In this document: piece by piece, positions 30,182 to 39,123 of the stretch | How the letters are laid out: every line of letters starts with the position of its first letter | Numbering within the stretch: the stretch's first letter is position 1 | Source: Wujia chipingensis | Lineage (GTDB): Bacteria; Bacteroidota; Bacteroidia; Bacteroidales; Muribaculaceae | Direction: 5' to 3' | NCBI GenBank assembly: GCA_963655175.1 | Contig: CAVKDU010000007.1 | Span: 6,801-70,800 of the forward strand | DNA length: 64,000 bases | Program-made: the position numbers and the translations under genes | Notes under the pieces: generated by a model | Database searches by the model: none | What the model was told of the DNA's origin: nothing | What the model saw: only the letters and a program-made list of their open reading frames with translations

Positions 30182-30390
30182 TGAATCTCCAGACGCACGT
30201 GGCCGTTTACGTGATTCATAGCCACTCGAATTCGATGGGTTTAGAATGAGGACATGATTAAATGCTTCACTATGTCGCCGACAAAATGTATGGGCTCAAC
30301 AAATGCGATTGGGGTAAAAGCGATGTGTCCAAGAGCTTATACATTTCCTCCTATCGACCAAAACTTAGAAAATCACCAAAGCATCAATTG

Positions 30391-31305
30391 TTAATCAGAG
30401 TACAAGCTATGCATTATTGCATCTCTGTAAACATTCCCTTCAGGAAGTGTAACCGCTGAGAAAGCCTCCTGAACCTTATAAACCGTTGTACAATGTTCTT
30501 CAACCACCTCTAATGGTAATATTTCTCCGTCATCACAGTCATCAGAAGATCTCACATCATATGCTATAAAATGAATTGATGCTGGTTGATATGGAAATGA
30601 TGGAATCTTTTCTTTTCCTCCTAAGCGCTCAAGCACACGATCGTACACAGGCTTTGGAGACACAAAGAATAGTCCAGATTTGCACAAGTCCTCTCGTTGT
30701 AGCACTTGTCCTTTATATATAAGTTGTGGGATTATTCGTTTATTCACATTTTCCCAATTAAGCCCAACAGTGTCACTAATAATCTCTCTGTTATCAATCA
30801 AGGCGTTTCTCGCTGTTTGATAATTTCCAGTAGTGTCTATTGTCTGAACTTCAATAGCTGTAAACTCAACCAAATCGCCATGCCCGTCGAGACGAGCCAG
30901 GACCCAATCCACAAAATAAGCCCCTGTTCCTTTCCTCTGCGGTAGACGAAGTTCCCCTCCCCAACCTTTGCCAAAGACAGCTATTGCACCACTTTCCTGT
31001 TTGGCTTTCGCAACAGCAATTCTCCCTGCATACAAATTTAGTTTTTGCTTAAACGCTTTATACGCTATATCATGCAGCATAGCATAATTGTCTGCATAGA
31101 TCCGAATGGGACAACATATCACACTTGGAGATCCCGGTGTCTTTTGTCGGATAGAACACACTCCAGATGGGACTTGTGCGCGAGATAGAATTTTCACACA
31201 CGCAGAATTTGTGAATGGGCATACTCTCTTTGCAGCGGTTTTGAGTGCAACTTCCGATTTATCTTCCGCCCTATAGCCGAAAAATTCCGATATATAACCT
31301 GACAT
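30391..31305 (-). CDS. Type II restriction endonuclease, NotI-like family (assignment from remembered similarity)
   Basis: 304 aa. The N-terminus YISEFFGYR, four spaced Cys (CPF...SACVK...GVC...VICCP), then GGEL, FVDW and IEVQTIDTTGNY line up with what I remember of R.NotI (FIAEFFGHR, Cys4 iron site, GGEL, FDW, EIQTMD). Its ATG directly abuts the methyltransferase stop (TAAATG). Confidence 0.6.
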   Translation of the reverse strand: MSGYISEFFGYRAEDKSEVALKTAAKRVCPFTNSACVKILSRAQVPSGVCSIRQKTPGSPSVICCPIRIYADNYAMLHDIAYKAFKQKLNLYAGRIAVAKAKQESGAIAVFGKGWGGELRLPQRKGTGAYFVDWVLARLDGHGDLVEFTAIEVQTIDTTGNYQTARNALIDNREIISDTVGLNWENVNKRIIPQLIYKGQVLQREDLCKSGLFFVSPKPVYDRVLERLGGKEKIPSFPYQPASIHFIAYDVRSSDDCDDGEILPLEVVEEHCTTVYKVQEAFSAVTLPEGNVYRDAIMHSLYSD

Positions 31306-32481
31306 TTATTTTTGTTCTAAAAGATTTATAATGGACAGACCAATAGCTTTAGCCAACAATGGAGGAACTGCATTTCCAACCTGAGCAAACTGTTCCGCAG
31401 AATTTCCACAGAAGACATAGTGGTCGGGAAATGATTGTATTCTTGCCGCTTCCCTCACCGTAAATGATCTGTCTTGTGAATAATGAAAATACGCCCCCCA
31501 ATGCGGGTCACATTTTGTCAAAATGGTAGATGCAAGGCCTTCTGGGCGAACACGGCCATACCGCATAGTATGGTCTGATTTGCGTGCTTTCTGCATCCCT
31601 TTAGGGAGTAAATCATCCGGAATATCCGTCCAATTCCCTCCTGGTTTGATATATTTCATCCGTTTTATATTCGTTTCTGACAATCGTGGGGCCTCATGAT
31701 TATATACCCCACCTGAACCAACACGCATCATTCGCTGATACTCACACTGAGGTTCCTTAAAATAATCTTTTACAGTTTCTCCTTTTTCCCCACATTTTAG
31801 AGGAGGCAAATCTCCTATTGCCTCTTCCACAGTAGTGAATTTAGCCAAACCTTCCGAAGTTGGAAGTTTCACCAACTGTTTACCATCAAAGGTTGTTGTA
31901 AAGTTCGGACGAATAGGCGCATGGAATAAAGGGCTTGGGAAAGCGTCAATCGGGACTTCCTTACCTCTAAAACCTATGATAATAGTACGCCATCTCATTT
32001 GAGGGACACCATAGTAAGCAGCCCCTAATATGCGCACATCAGCACCATACCCCAAATCAGCCAATGCTTCAATTATTGCATGGAGTGTTGCTCCTTTTTC
32101 AAAAGACACGAGGCCGGGGACATTTTCTATGAGAATAGCCCGCGGAGCAAATGCATCCACAAATCTAAGATACTCACGAAAAAGATGATTTCTACTATCC
32201 TCATTGCTGCGTATAGGAGCGTTTATAGAGAAGCCCTGGCAAGGAGGGCCACCAGCAATCAAGTCAAGTTCCCCTTTCTTTAGGCTCAAGTCCTGCATAA
32301 TATCATAAGCATCAACAGTACGTATGTCAGATGTCAAGACTTTGGTACCAACATGGTTTCTCTTATACGTTTGAGCATATATAGGCATAACCTCATTCGC
32401 AAAAAGGCAATGGAACCCTGCTTCAGACAATCCTTCAGACAGACCTCCAGCACCAGCAAATAAATCTATACACCTTGCCAT
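31306..32481 (-). CDS. DNA (cytosine-5)-methyltransferase
   Basis: Motif I DLFAGAGG, motif IV GGPPCQGFS, motif VI ENV, QMRWR and motifs IX/X RIQSFPD...GNAVPPLLAKAIG. The start is taken at MARCIDLF (32481). The track ORF starts 39 nt further upstream and would overlap the HTH gene. Confidence 0.9.
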   Translation of the reverse strand: MARCIDLFAGAGGLSEGLSEAGFHCLFANEVMPIYAQTYKRNHVGTKVLTSDIRTVDAYDIMQDLSLKKGELDLIAGGPPCQGFSINAPIRSNEDSRNHLFREYLRFVDAFAPRAILIENVPGLVSFEKGATLHAIIEALADLGYGADVRILGAAYYGVPQMRWRTIIIGFRGKEVPIDAFPSPLFHAPIRPNFTTTFDGKQLVKLPTSEGLAKFTTVEEAIGDLPPLKCGEKGETVKDYFKEPQCEYQRMMRVGSGGVYNHEAPRLSETNIKRMKYIKPGGNWTDIPDDLLPKGMQKARKSDHTMRYGRVRPEGLASTILTKCDPHWGAYFHYSQDRSFTVREAARIQSFPDHYVFCGNSAEQFAQVGNAVPPLLAKAIGLSIINLLEQK

Positions 32482-32482
32482 A

Positions 32483-32680
32483 TTACAGTGTTTTATTTGG
32501 CAACAACAACTCTCGGGCATCCGTTTCTAACATGTCAGTTATCGAGTATAATACGGATATCAGTGACTGCACTTTGTTTGTGGCATACAGGCTGACCATA
32601 TTGAAGGTTTTGCCAAGCCTGTTTGCCAACTTTATTTGGCTAATACCCTTAGTATCCAACACCTCTTTAATTAGACTCAT
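32483..32680 (-). CDS. Small XRE-type HTH protein (putative R-M controller)
   Basis: 65 aa with GISQIKLANRLGKTFNMVSLYATNK. Its stop lies 1 nt before the methyltransferase ATG, and it is the first gene of the HTH-M-R operon. Confidence 0.65.
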   Translation of the reverse strand: MSLIKEVLDTKGISQIKLANRLGKTFNMVSLYATNKVQSLISVLYSITDMLETDARELLLPNKTL

Positions 32681-32704
32681 AGTTACATCCTTTTTTTATC
32701 GTTA

Positions 32705-32712
32705 CAAAGATA
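32705..32712 (-). promoter_or_regulatory. -7 promoter box (TATCTTTG on minus strand) for the HTH-M-R operon
   Basis: Plus strand CAAAGATA, about 25 nt upstream of the ATG at 32680. Confidence 0.5.
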
Positions 32713-32895
32713 CTGAATTTTATTTTGTAAAATGTTTGGTTAGTGAATAAAGTACTACCTTTGCAATAAACAAAAGCATTATTTGAAATAAGCGAGTTTG
32801 TAAAATGCAGTAAAGTCAGCAAATTTGCAGATAGTAACGCACATAAACAACCGTTTATTGCCTGCCTATCTGCTTTACCAATTCATCTGGCTTGA

Positions 32896-33195
32896 GATTT
32901 TATTCCCGCAGAAGTAACAAGAGAGCAAGCAGCTATTAGATATGCCGATGAAGCGGATGTGCTAAATATGGCAATGTTTGGCATTACAGCAAGGCAATGG
33001 CGAGAACAAAATCCCGACAAGAAAGGCAATATACGTGATTATGCGAGCATCAACGAACTCATTTGCCTTTCAAATATGGAAAATCTGAATGCAGTGTTCA
33101 TCAATCAATCAGAACGCTTATTGAGACTCAACCAAATTGCCATACAGCAAATGAGGATTCTTGAAGACACAAGAGGCCGAAACCTGCTACAGTGA
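32896..33195 (+). pseudogene. Truncated C-terminal fragment of a KilA-N-type mobile-element DNA-binding protein
   Basis: The open frame has no credible start: DFIPAEVTREQAAIRYADEADVLNMAMFGITARQWREQNPDKKGNIRDYASINELICLSNMENLNAVFI...LNQIAIQQM. It matches the C-terminal part of Bacteroides KilA-N domain proteins as I remember them; the N-terminal domain is missing. Confidence 0.5.
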
Positions 33196-33213
33196 GCATT
33201 TAAGCAGCAAAAT

Positions 33214-33243
33214 AGAAACGATAACGAAAGGAGCAACAACGAT
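33214..33243 (+). repeat. Right copy of the 30-nt direct repeat bounding the R-M islet
   Basis: AGAAACGATAACGAAAGGAGCAACAACGAT. It ends immediately before the ATG (33244) of the Smr-domain gene. Confidence 0.85.
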
Positions 33244-34332
33244 ATGGTGAAAGTTAACGACATAGTGCGCTTCCTCAACGATGTGGGAGGCGGCAAAGTG
33301 ACAAAGATTGAGGGCAACACGGCCTATGTGGAAGACGGCGACGGATTTGAGCGCCCCGTGCCCACGCGCGAGCTGGTGGTGGTGAACGCCGCGGCCAGCA
33401 AGCCCAGCGCCTACGAGCGCCCCGTGAAGGTGAAGAGCAAACTTGTGGAGCCCGACAAGCCGTCGGCCCCCAAGCCGAAACTGGTGCAAGCCGAAGAGCC
33501 GGTGATTGAAACCAAAGGCGGCGATGTGCTCAACATTGTGTTGGCCTATGAGGCCCGCGAGCTGAAGCTCCTGAACACCACCACTTTCTATGCCACGCTG
33601 GTGAACGACAGCAACTACTTTCTGTATGCCACCTACATGAGCCGCGGCGACGACGACACCGAGTGGACCACCCGATGGGCCGGAGTGGTGGAACCCAACT
33701 TCCAGCTCGAGCTGGAAGAGTTTGGCCACGACGACCTTAACTCGCTCACCCATGTGGCAGTGCAATATGTGGCATTCAAGCAGCAGCGCGGCTTCAAGCT
33801 GAAAAATCCGGCGCTGGTGGAGCAGCGGCTCGACGTGACCAAGTTCTACAAACTGCACAGTTTTCACGACAATGAATACTTCGACGTGCCGGTGATAGCA
33901 CTCACCATCACGCGCAACGACCTGCCCGCACGCCAACTGACCATCGACAGCAGCGAGCTGGAGCGCGCCATGCGCGGCAAGCGCGCCGACGACGAGCGCC
34001 CCAAGGCACAGCCCGTGAAGCACCACCAGCACCGCGACCCCAACAGCGGCAACATAGTGATTGACCTGCACATAAGCGCACTGCTCGATGACACCACGGG
34101 CATGAACCACACCGACATGCTCAACTACCAGTTGAGCAAATTCCGCGAGGCCATGGACGAGAGCATCAACCGACCCGGGCAGCGCATAGTGTTTATCCAC
34201 GGCAAGGGCGAGGGAGTGCTGCGCCACGCGCTGCTGCAAGACCTCAAGCGCCGCTATCCGCGGTGCCTTGCCCAGGACGCAAGTTTCCGCGAATATGGCT
34301 TCGGCGCCACACAGGTGACCATTCACAAATAA
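33244..34332 (+). CDS. Smr-domain protein (DUF2027-like N-terminal region)
   Basis: 362 aa. The C-terminal Smr domain reads IVIDLHI...RIVFIHGKGEGVLRHALLQDLKRRYP. Confidence 0.7.
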   Translation: MVKVNDIVRFLNDVGGGKVTKIEGNTAYVEDGDGFERPVPTRELVVVNAAASKPSAYERPVKVKSKLVEPDKPSAPKPKLVQAEEPVIETKGGDVLNIVLAYEARELKLLNTTTFYATLVNDSNYFLYATYMSRGDDDTEWTTRWAGVVEPNFQLELEEFGHDDLNSLTHVAVQYVAFKQQRGFKLKNPALVEQRLDVTKFYKLHSFHDNEYFDVPVIALTITRNDLPARQLTIDSSELERAMRGKRADDERPKAQPVKHHQHRDPNSGNIVIDLHISALLDDTTGMNHTDMLNYQLSKFREAMDESINRPGQRIVFIHGKGEGVLRHALLQDLKRRYPRCLAQDASFREYGFGATQVTIHK

Positions 34333-34346
34333 TCACGCACACTGCT

Positions 34347-35120
34347 ATGATATTCTGGTTTTCGGGCACGGGCAACAGCCTGTGGGCGGCACAGCAGCTG
34401 GCGCGGCTCACCGCCGACGGCCGCACCGTGGCCATGGCGCAGAGCCTCACCGACGGCGACTGCCGCTTCGGCCTTGCCAAGGGCGAGGCCGTGGGCTTTG
34501 TGTTTCCCACCTACTCATGGGGGCTGCCGCCGGTGGTGAAGGCCTTCATCGGCCGCACGCGGCTCGACGGCTACACGCCCGAGGGCAACCACTGCTATGC
34601 GGTGGTGACCTGCGGCGACGATGTGGGCCTCACCGCCAGACTTCTACGCCGCCGGCTGGCGCGGGCAGGAGTGCGGCTTGACGCCGCCTACTCGCTGACG
34701 ATGCCCAACAACTATGTGTGCCTGCCGGGCTTCGACACCGACCCCGTCGCGCTCGAGGCCCAGAAGCTCGACTCGGCCCACAGCCGCATTGCCGCCATAG
34801 CGCAAAGCATAGGGCAGCGGAGACAGGTGGTGGACGTGACGCGCGGCAGCATGGCATGGCTCAAGTCGAGGGTAATAAACCCGCTATTCAGAGTTGCGCT
34901 GATGAGTCCGCGGCCCTTTCACGCCATTCCCGACCGCTGCACCGGCTGCGGCAAGTGCGCCCGCGCGTGCCCGCTGGGCAACGTGAGCATGAGCGGCGGC
35001 CGTCCGCATTGGGGCAGGCGCTGCACCATGTGCCTGGCCTGCTATCACCACTGCCCCAGCCACGCCGCGCACTATGGCCGCGCCACGCTGCACAAGGGGC
35101 AGTATCACTGCCCGCTGTAA
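34347..35120 (+). CDS. EFR1-like flavodoxin-fold / 4Fe-4S ferredoxin protein
   Basis: The start is taken at [15 protein letters not shown] (flavodoxin-like). The C-terminal cluster motifs are [12 protein letters not shown] and [12 protein letters not shown]. Confidence 0.7.
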   Translation: MIFWFSGTGNSLWAAQQLARLTADGRTVAMAQSLTDGDCRFGLAKGEAVGFVFPTYSWGLPPVVKAFIGRTRLDGYTPEGNHCYAVVTCGDDVGLTARLLRRRLARAGVRLDAAYSLTMPNNYVCLPGFDTDPVALEAQKLDSAHSRIAAIAQSIGQRRQVVDVTRGSMAWLKSRVINPLFRVALMSPRPFHAIPDRCTGCGKCARACPLGNVSMSGGRPHWGRRCTMCLACYHHCPSHAAHYGRATLHKGQYHCPL

Positions 35121-35181
35121 ACAGCCGCCACAAGAGGAGTGCATTTTTCGGCATTAATTTCAATTTGCCGCCATTTTGCAC

Positions 35182-35189
35182 TAACTTTG
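35182..35189 (+). promoter_or_regulatory. -7 promoter box TAACTTTG for pepT
   Basis: Exact TAnnTTTG match 36 nt upstream of the ATG at 35225. Confidence 0.5.
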
Positions 35190-35224
35190 CAACATATATA
35201 AACAACACGATAACTTTAAGGACT

Positions 35225-36445
35225 ATGAATTTAGTTGACAGATTTCTCAAGTATGTGAAGTTCGACACCCAGAGCGACGAACTCACCAACCTCACGCCAT
35301 CCACCCCCGGCCAGATGGTGTTTGCCAAAGAGCTATATAAAGAGCTGACCGAGATGGGACTGAGCAACGTGTCGCTTGACGACAACGGCTACCTCTTTGC
35401 CACCCTGCCCGGCAACTGCGACCACAAGGTGCCCACCATCGGCTTCATTGCCCACATGGACACCGCCCCCGACATGAGCGGACACGACGTGAAGCCGCGC
35501 AGCGTGGACTACAAGGGCGGCAGCGTGGCCCTCAACGAGCAGCAGGGCATAGTGCTCAGCCCCGAGCAGTTTCCCGAGCTCAACGACTTTGTGGGCCAGC
35601 AAATCATAGTCACCGACGGCACCACGCTGCTCGGCGCCGACGACAAGGCCGGCATTGCCGAGATCATCAGCGCGGTGGAGTGGTTCCAGCAGCACCCCGA
35701 GGTGAAGCACGGCGACATTCGCATCGGCTTCAACCCCGACGAGGAGATTGGCCTGGGCGCACACCACTTCGACGTGGACAAGTTTGGCGCCGACTGGGCC
35801 TACACCATGGACGGCGGTGCCGAGGGCGAGTTGGAATATGAAAACTTCAACGCCGCCGTGGCCAAGATCACATTCAAGGGCCTTAACGTGCATCCCGGAG
35901 CCGCCAAGCACAAGATGCTGAACTCGCTGCGAGTGGCCAACCAGTTTGCCATTATGCTGCCCCGCTGGGAGACTCCCGAGCACACCGAAGGCTACGAGGG
36001 CTTCTACCACCTGATAGGCTGGGAGGGCACTGTGGAGAAAACCACGCTCACCTACATAATCCGCGACCACGACCGCGCACGCTTCGAGAGCCGCAAGCGC
36101 GAGCTTGAGCACCTGTGCCACAAGATTAACTGCGAGTTCCCCGACTGCGCCACCATCGAGCTCAAGGACCAGTACTACAACATGCGCGAAAAGATTGAGC
36201 CGGTGATGCACATCATCGACGTGGCCAAGCTGGCCATGCAGAATGCAGGTGTCAAGCCCAAGGTGCAGCCCATTCGCGGCGGAACCGACGGCGCGCAGCT
36301 CTCGTTCAAGGGTCTGCCCTGCCCCAACATTTTCGCCGGCGGTATGAACATGCACGGCCGCTATGAGTATGTGTCGATCCAAGCAATGGAGAAGGCCATG
36401 CGCACAGTGGTGGAGATTTGCAAGATTGTAGCAGCCGAGAAATAA
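35225..36445 (+). CDS. pepT: Peptidase T (tripeptide aminopeptidase)
   Basis: [19 protein letters not shown]..., HMDTAPD and [11 protein letters not shown] (M20 family). The 575-aa track ORF is an upstream read-through overlapping the ferredoxin gene. Confidence 0.9.
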   Translation: MNLVDRFLKYVKFDTQSDELTNLTPSTPGQMVFAKELYKELTEMGLSNVSLDDNGYLFATLPGNCDHKVPTIGFIAHMDTAPDMSGHDVKPRSVDYKGGSVALNEQQGIVLSPEQFPELNDFVGQQIIVTDGTTLLGADDKAGIAEIISAVEWFQQHPEVKHGDIRIGFNPDEEIGLGAHHFDVDKFGADWAYTMDGGAEGELEYENFNAAVAKITFKGLNVHPGAAKHKMLNSLRVANQFAIMLPRWETPEHTEGYEGFYHLIGWEGTVEKTTLTYIIRDHDRARFESRKRELEHLCHKINCEFPDCATIELKDQYYNMREKIEPVMHIIDVAKLAMQNAGVKPKVQPIRGGTDGAQLSFKGLPCPNIFAGGMNMHGRYEYVSIQAMEKAMRTVVEICKIVAAEK

Positions 36446-36467
36446 GGCTGACAACGATAACACAAGA

Positions 36468-36520
36468 GAGGGGCGGCCACACACGCGCCACGGCGCACGC
36501 GGCCGCCCCTCCTTTTTTTC
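36468..36520 (+). terminator. Intrinsic terminator after pepT
   Basis: Stem GAGGGGCGGCC/GGCCGCCCCTC followed by CTTTTTTT. Confidence 0.7.
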
Positions 36521-36543
36521 TCTCAACACTAATCGATTTTTCT

Positions 36544-36696
36544 ATGTCGGTAATACGCGTGATAGCGGCCATAGTGTTTCCGCCGCTTGCAGTGATCGAC
36601 CGCGGATGCGGCTCACTGCTGATAGTGGCACTGCTCACCCTGTGCGGCTGGGTGGCGGGGGTGATAGGCGCGCTCGTGATTTTAAACAAGCATTAA
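36544..36696 (+). CDS. YqaE/Pmp3 (UPF0057) family small membrane protein
   Basis: 50 aa with two TM helices: MSVIRVIAAIVFPPLAVIDRGCGSLLIVALLTLCGWVAGVIGALVIL. Confidence 0.65.
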   Translation: MSVIRVIAAIVFPPLAVIDRGCGSLLIVALLTLCGWVAGVIGALVILNKH

Positions 36697-36707
36697 GGCT
36701 CAAGGGC

Positions 36708-37475
36708 ATGGTGGAGATTCAATATGTGAGCGACCTGCACCTGGAGCACAGCGCCAACTCGCTGTGGCTGCAGCAGCATCCGCTCGAGGCCAAAGGGCAG
36801 ATAATGGTGATGGCTGGCGACGTGACCGTGCTCGGCGACCCCGAGCAGGCGCGCCACCCGCTACTTGACTGGTGCGCCAGCCACTTCGATCTGACGCTGA
36901 TAGTGCCGGGCAACCACGAGTTTTATGGCGGTGTGGATGTGGAGCAGGCCCTGCAGGGCATGGATGTGGAGCTGCGCCCGGGGGTGCGCTGCGTGTGCAA
37001 CCGCGCAGTCCGTTTCCACGGAGTGGAGCTGCTGCCCACCACACTGTGGACACCAATAGCCGAAGCCGACCGTGCCGCGGCCGCGCGCGACATGGTGGAC
37101 TACACGCGCATCACCTATCAGAGCCGCCCCATGACGCCCGGCGACAGCGACGAGATTCACAGCCGCTGCCTGCAATGGCTGCGATCGGCCTTGGCAAGGG
37201 AGACCGACGGACGCCGCGTAGTGGTGACCCACCACTGCCCCATCGACTCCGAAGACCCGCGCTATGCGGCCAACGGGCTGTCGAGCGCATTCGTGGTGCC
37301 CATGCCGCACTTTGTGGCGCGCAGCGGCGCGCAAGCATGGCTGTTTGGCCACACGCACTACAATGCCGCGCGCGGCCAGCGGCTGGGCGGCACCACCCTG
37401 CTCACCAACCAGCTGGGCTACGCCAAGCACGGCCCGTGCCCAGGCTTCGACCCCACCGCCACATTCACCATATAA
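36708..37475 (+). CDS. Metallophosphoesterase
   Basis: MVEIQYVSDLHLEH, GDV, GNHEF and GHTH motifs of calcineurin-like phosphoesterases. Confidence 0.75.
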   Translation: MVEIQYVSDLHLEHSANSLWLQQHPLEAKGQIMVMAGDVTVLGDPEQARHPLLDWCASHFDLTLIVPGNHEFYGGVDVEQALQGMDVELRPGVRCVCNRAVRFHGVELLPTTLWTPIAEADRAAAARDMVDYTRITYQSRPMTPGDSDEIHSRCLQWLRSALARETDGRRVVVTHHCPIDSEDPRYAANGLSSAFVVPMPHFVARSGAQAWLFGHTHYNAARGQRLGGTTLLTNQLGYAKHGPCPGFDPTATFTI

Positions 37476-37488
37476 CCAACCATATCAC

Positions 37489-37794
37489 ATGACGCTCAAC
37501 AAGATAGGACTATTCATGGCATTTGCATTGGTCATATGCCTTTTACCCATGCCATACGGCTACTACACACTAATCCGATTTGCCGCCATGGTGTATTTCG
37601 GATGCCTTGCCTACACCTGTCACTCCAACGGCAAGACCGCATTCGCAGTAATCGCAGGAGCCATTGCCCTGCTTTTCCAGCCCTTCATAAAAATCGCTTT
37701 GGGGCGTGAAGTGTGGAACTTTGTGGATGTAGTCGTCGCCATAGGACTGGTCGTCATCTGGTACCGAACCAAGAAATCAGCAGACAACGGCTAA
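37489..37794 (+). CDS. Small hypothetical membrane protein
   Basis: 101 aa from MTLNKIGLFMAFALVI with four hydrophobic segments. The upstream part of the track ORF overlaps the phosphoesterase gene. Confidence 0.5.
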   Translation: MTLNKIGLFMAFALVICLLPMPYGYYTLIRFAAMVYFGCLAYTCHSNGKTAFAVIAGAIALLFQPFIKIALGREVWNFVDVVVAIGLVVIWYRTKKSADNG

Positions 37795-37799
37795 CAAAA

Positions 37800-37831
37800 A
37801 AAGAGACTGCGCCACTTGGCACAGTCTCTTT
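37800..37831. terminator. Bidirectional terminator hairpin between convergent genes
   Basis: Stem AAAGAGACTG/CAGTCTCTTT, flanked by an A-run upstream and T-rich sequence downstream. Confidence 0.55.
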
Positions 37832-37858
37832 CCGTATTGTTCTTTTCTGCTGGGGGGA

Positions 37859-39052
37859 TTACTGGAGCTTGGCGAGGGCGGCCTTGATGCGTGTGGCGGC
37901 CTCGCGTAAGTTGTCGTCGCTTGTGGCGTAGCTCATGCGTATGTGGCCGGGGCAGCAGAAGGCGTCGCCCGACACCGTGGCCACATGGGCCTCGTTGAGC
38001 AGATACAGGGCCAGGTCGCCGGCATCCTTAATCTCTACGTCGCCGCACTTTTTGCCGAAGAACGACTTCACCTCGGGGAACACATAGAATGCGCCCTGCG
38101 GCACATTGATGTTGACGCCGGGAATTTCGCCAAGCATCTTCACCATGAGGTCGCGGCGGCGCTCAAACGCCTTGCGCATGGTCTCGACGCAATCTTGCGG
38201 GCCTGTGTAGGCGGCCTCGGCAGCCTTCTGCGCTATCGACGACGCGCCGCTGGTGTACTGGCCCTGCAGCTTGGTGATGGCCTTGGCCAGCCACAGCGGG
38301 GCTGCGATGTAGCCAATGCGCCAGCCCGTCATGGCATAGGCCTTCGACACGCCGTTGATAATGGCCACGCGGTCTTTGATGCAGTCGAACTGAGCTATCG
38401 ACTCGTGGCCGCCGATGTAGTTGATGTGCTCGTAAATTTCATCGGCCACCACCAGCACGTCGGGGAAGTCGGCAAGCACCTCGGCCAGAGCCTTGAGCTC
38501 GCTGCGGCTATACACGCTGCCAGTGGGGTTGCTGGGCGAGCACAGAATTATCATGCGGGTCTTGGGCGTGAGGGCGTCGCGCAGCTGCTGCGGAGAGATT
38601 TTGAAGTCCTGGTCGATGCCGGCTGGCACGAGCACATTGGTGCCGCCTGCCAGATTCACCATCTGCACATAGCTCACCCAGGCCGGAGTGGGGATTATCA
38701 CCTCGTCGCCAGGGTTAACCACAGCCATCACCACATTGCACAGCTCGTGCTTGGCGCCGTTGCCCACCACTATCTGCTCGGGGGCGTAGTCAACGCCGTT
38801 TTCATTCTTCAGCTTGGCGCTGATGGCCTTGCGCAGCGACAGATAGCCGGGCACGGGCGTGTAGAACGAGAAGTTCTGGTCGACGGCCTGCTTGGCAGCG
38901 GCCTTGATGTGGTCGGGGGTGAAGAAGTCGGGCTCGCCCACCGAGAGGTTGATTACATCGACGCCTTGCGCCTTGAGTTCGTTGCTCTTTTGCGACATTG
39001 CAAGTGTTGCCGAGGGGGCAAGAGCCTGCAACCTTTGTGAAATTTGATTCAT
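37859..39052 (-). CDS. Aspartate/aromatic aminotransferase (PLP-dependent, class I)
   Basis: 397 aa with SPSNPTG, the PLP-lysine region SKAYAMTGWRIGY and the C-terminal RMSYA. Confidence 0.85.
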   Translation of the reverse strand: MNQISQRLQALAPSATLAMSQKSNELKAQGVDVINLSVGEPDFFTPDHIKAAAKQAVDQNFSFYTPVPGYLSLRKAISAKLKNENGVDYAPEQIVVGNGAKHELCNVVMAVVNPGDEVIIPTPAWVSYVQMVNLAGGTNVLVPAGIDQDFKISPQQLRDALTPKTRMIILCSPSNPTGSVYSRSELKALAEVLADFPDVLVVADEIYEHINYIGGHESIAQFDCIKDRVAIINGVSKAYAMTGWRIGYIAAPLWLAKAITKLQGQYTSGASSIAQKAAEAAYTGPQDCVETMRKAFERRRDLMVKMLGEIPGVNINVPQGAFYVFPEVKSFFGKKCGDVEIKDAGDLALYLLNEAHVATVSGDAFCCPGHIRMSYATSDDNLREAATRIKAALAKLQ

Positions 39053-39123
39053 AGCAGTATAAATCTATGTATGTGTGAGAGTATGTGAGGGAGTTTTGAC
39101 GGCTGCGCCGCATGCGCGGCAGC

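Larger units (their letters stand above)
30182..33213. mobile_element. AT-rich genomic islet carrying a type II restriction-modification operon; no recombinase gene present
   Basis: Hand-counted sample lines give about 35-45% G+C, against about 58% in the flanking genes. The islet is bounded by 30-nt direct repeats and contains a truncated KilA-N-like fragment at its right end. Confidence 0.6.

Noticed and set aside
30262-30459. 65-aa plus-strand ORF at the left end of the R-M islet.
   Set aside because: It overlaps the 3' end of the endonuclease gene on the opposite strand. It has no promoter box or recognisable motif and has odd composition.
34718-35224. N-terminal 169-codon extension of the pepT ORF (track ORF 34718-36445, 575 aa).
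   Set aside because: The extension overlaps the ferredoxin gene in another frame and is Arg/Pro/Ala-rich. A -7 box at 35182 and the canonical PepT N-terminus [15 protein letters not shown] at 35225 define the real start.
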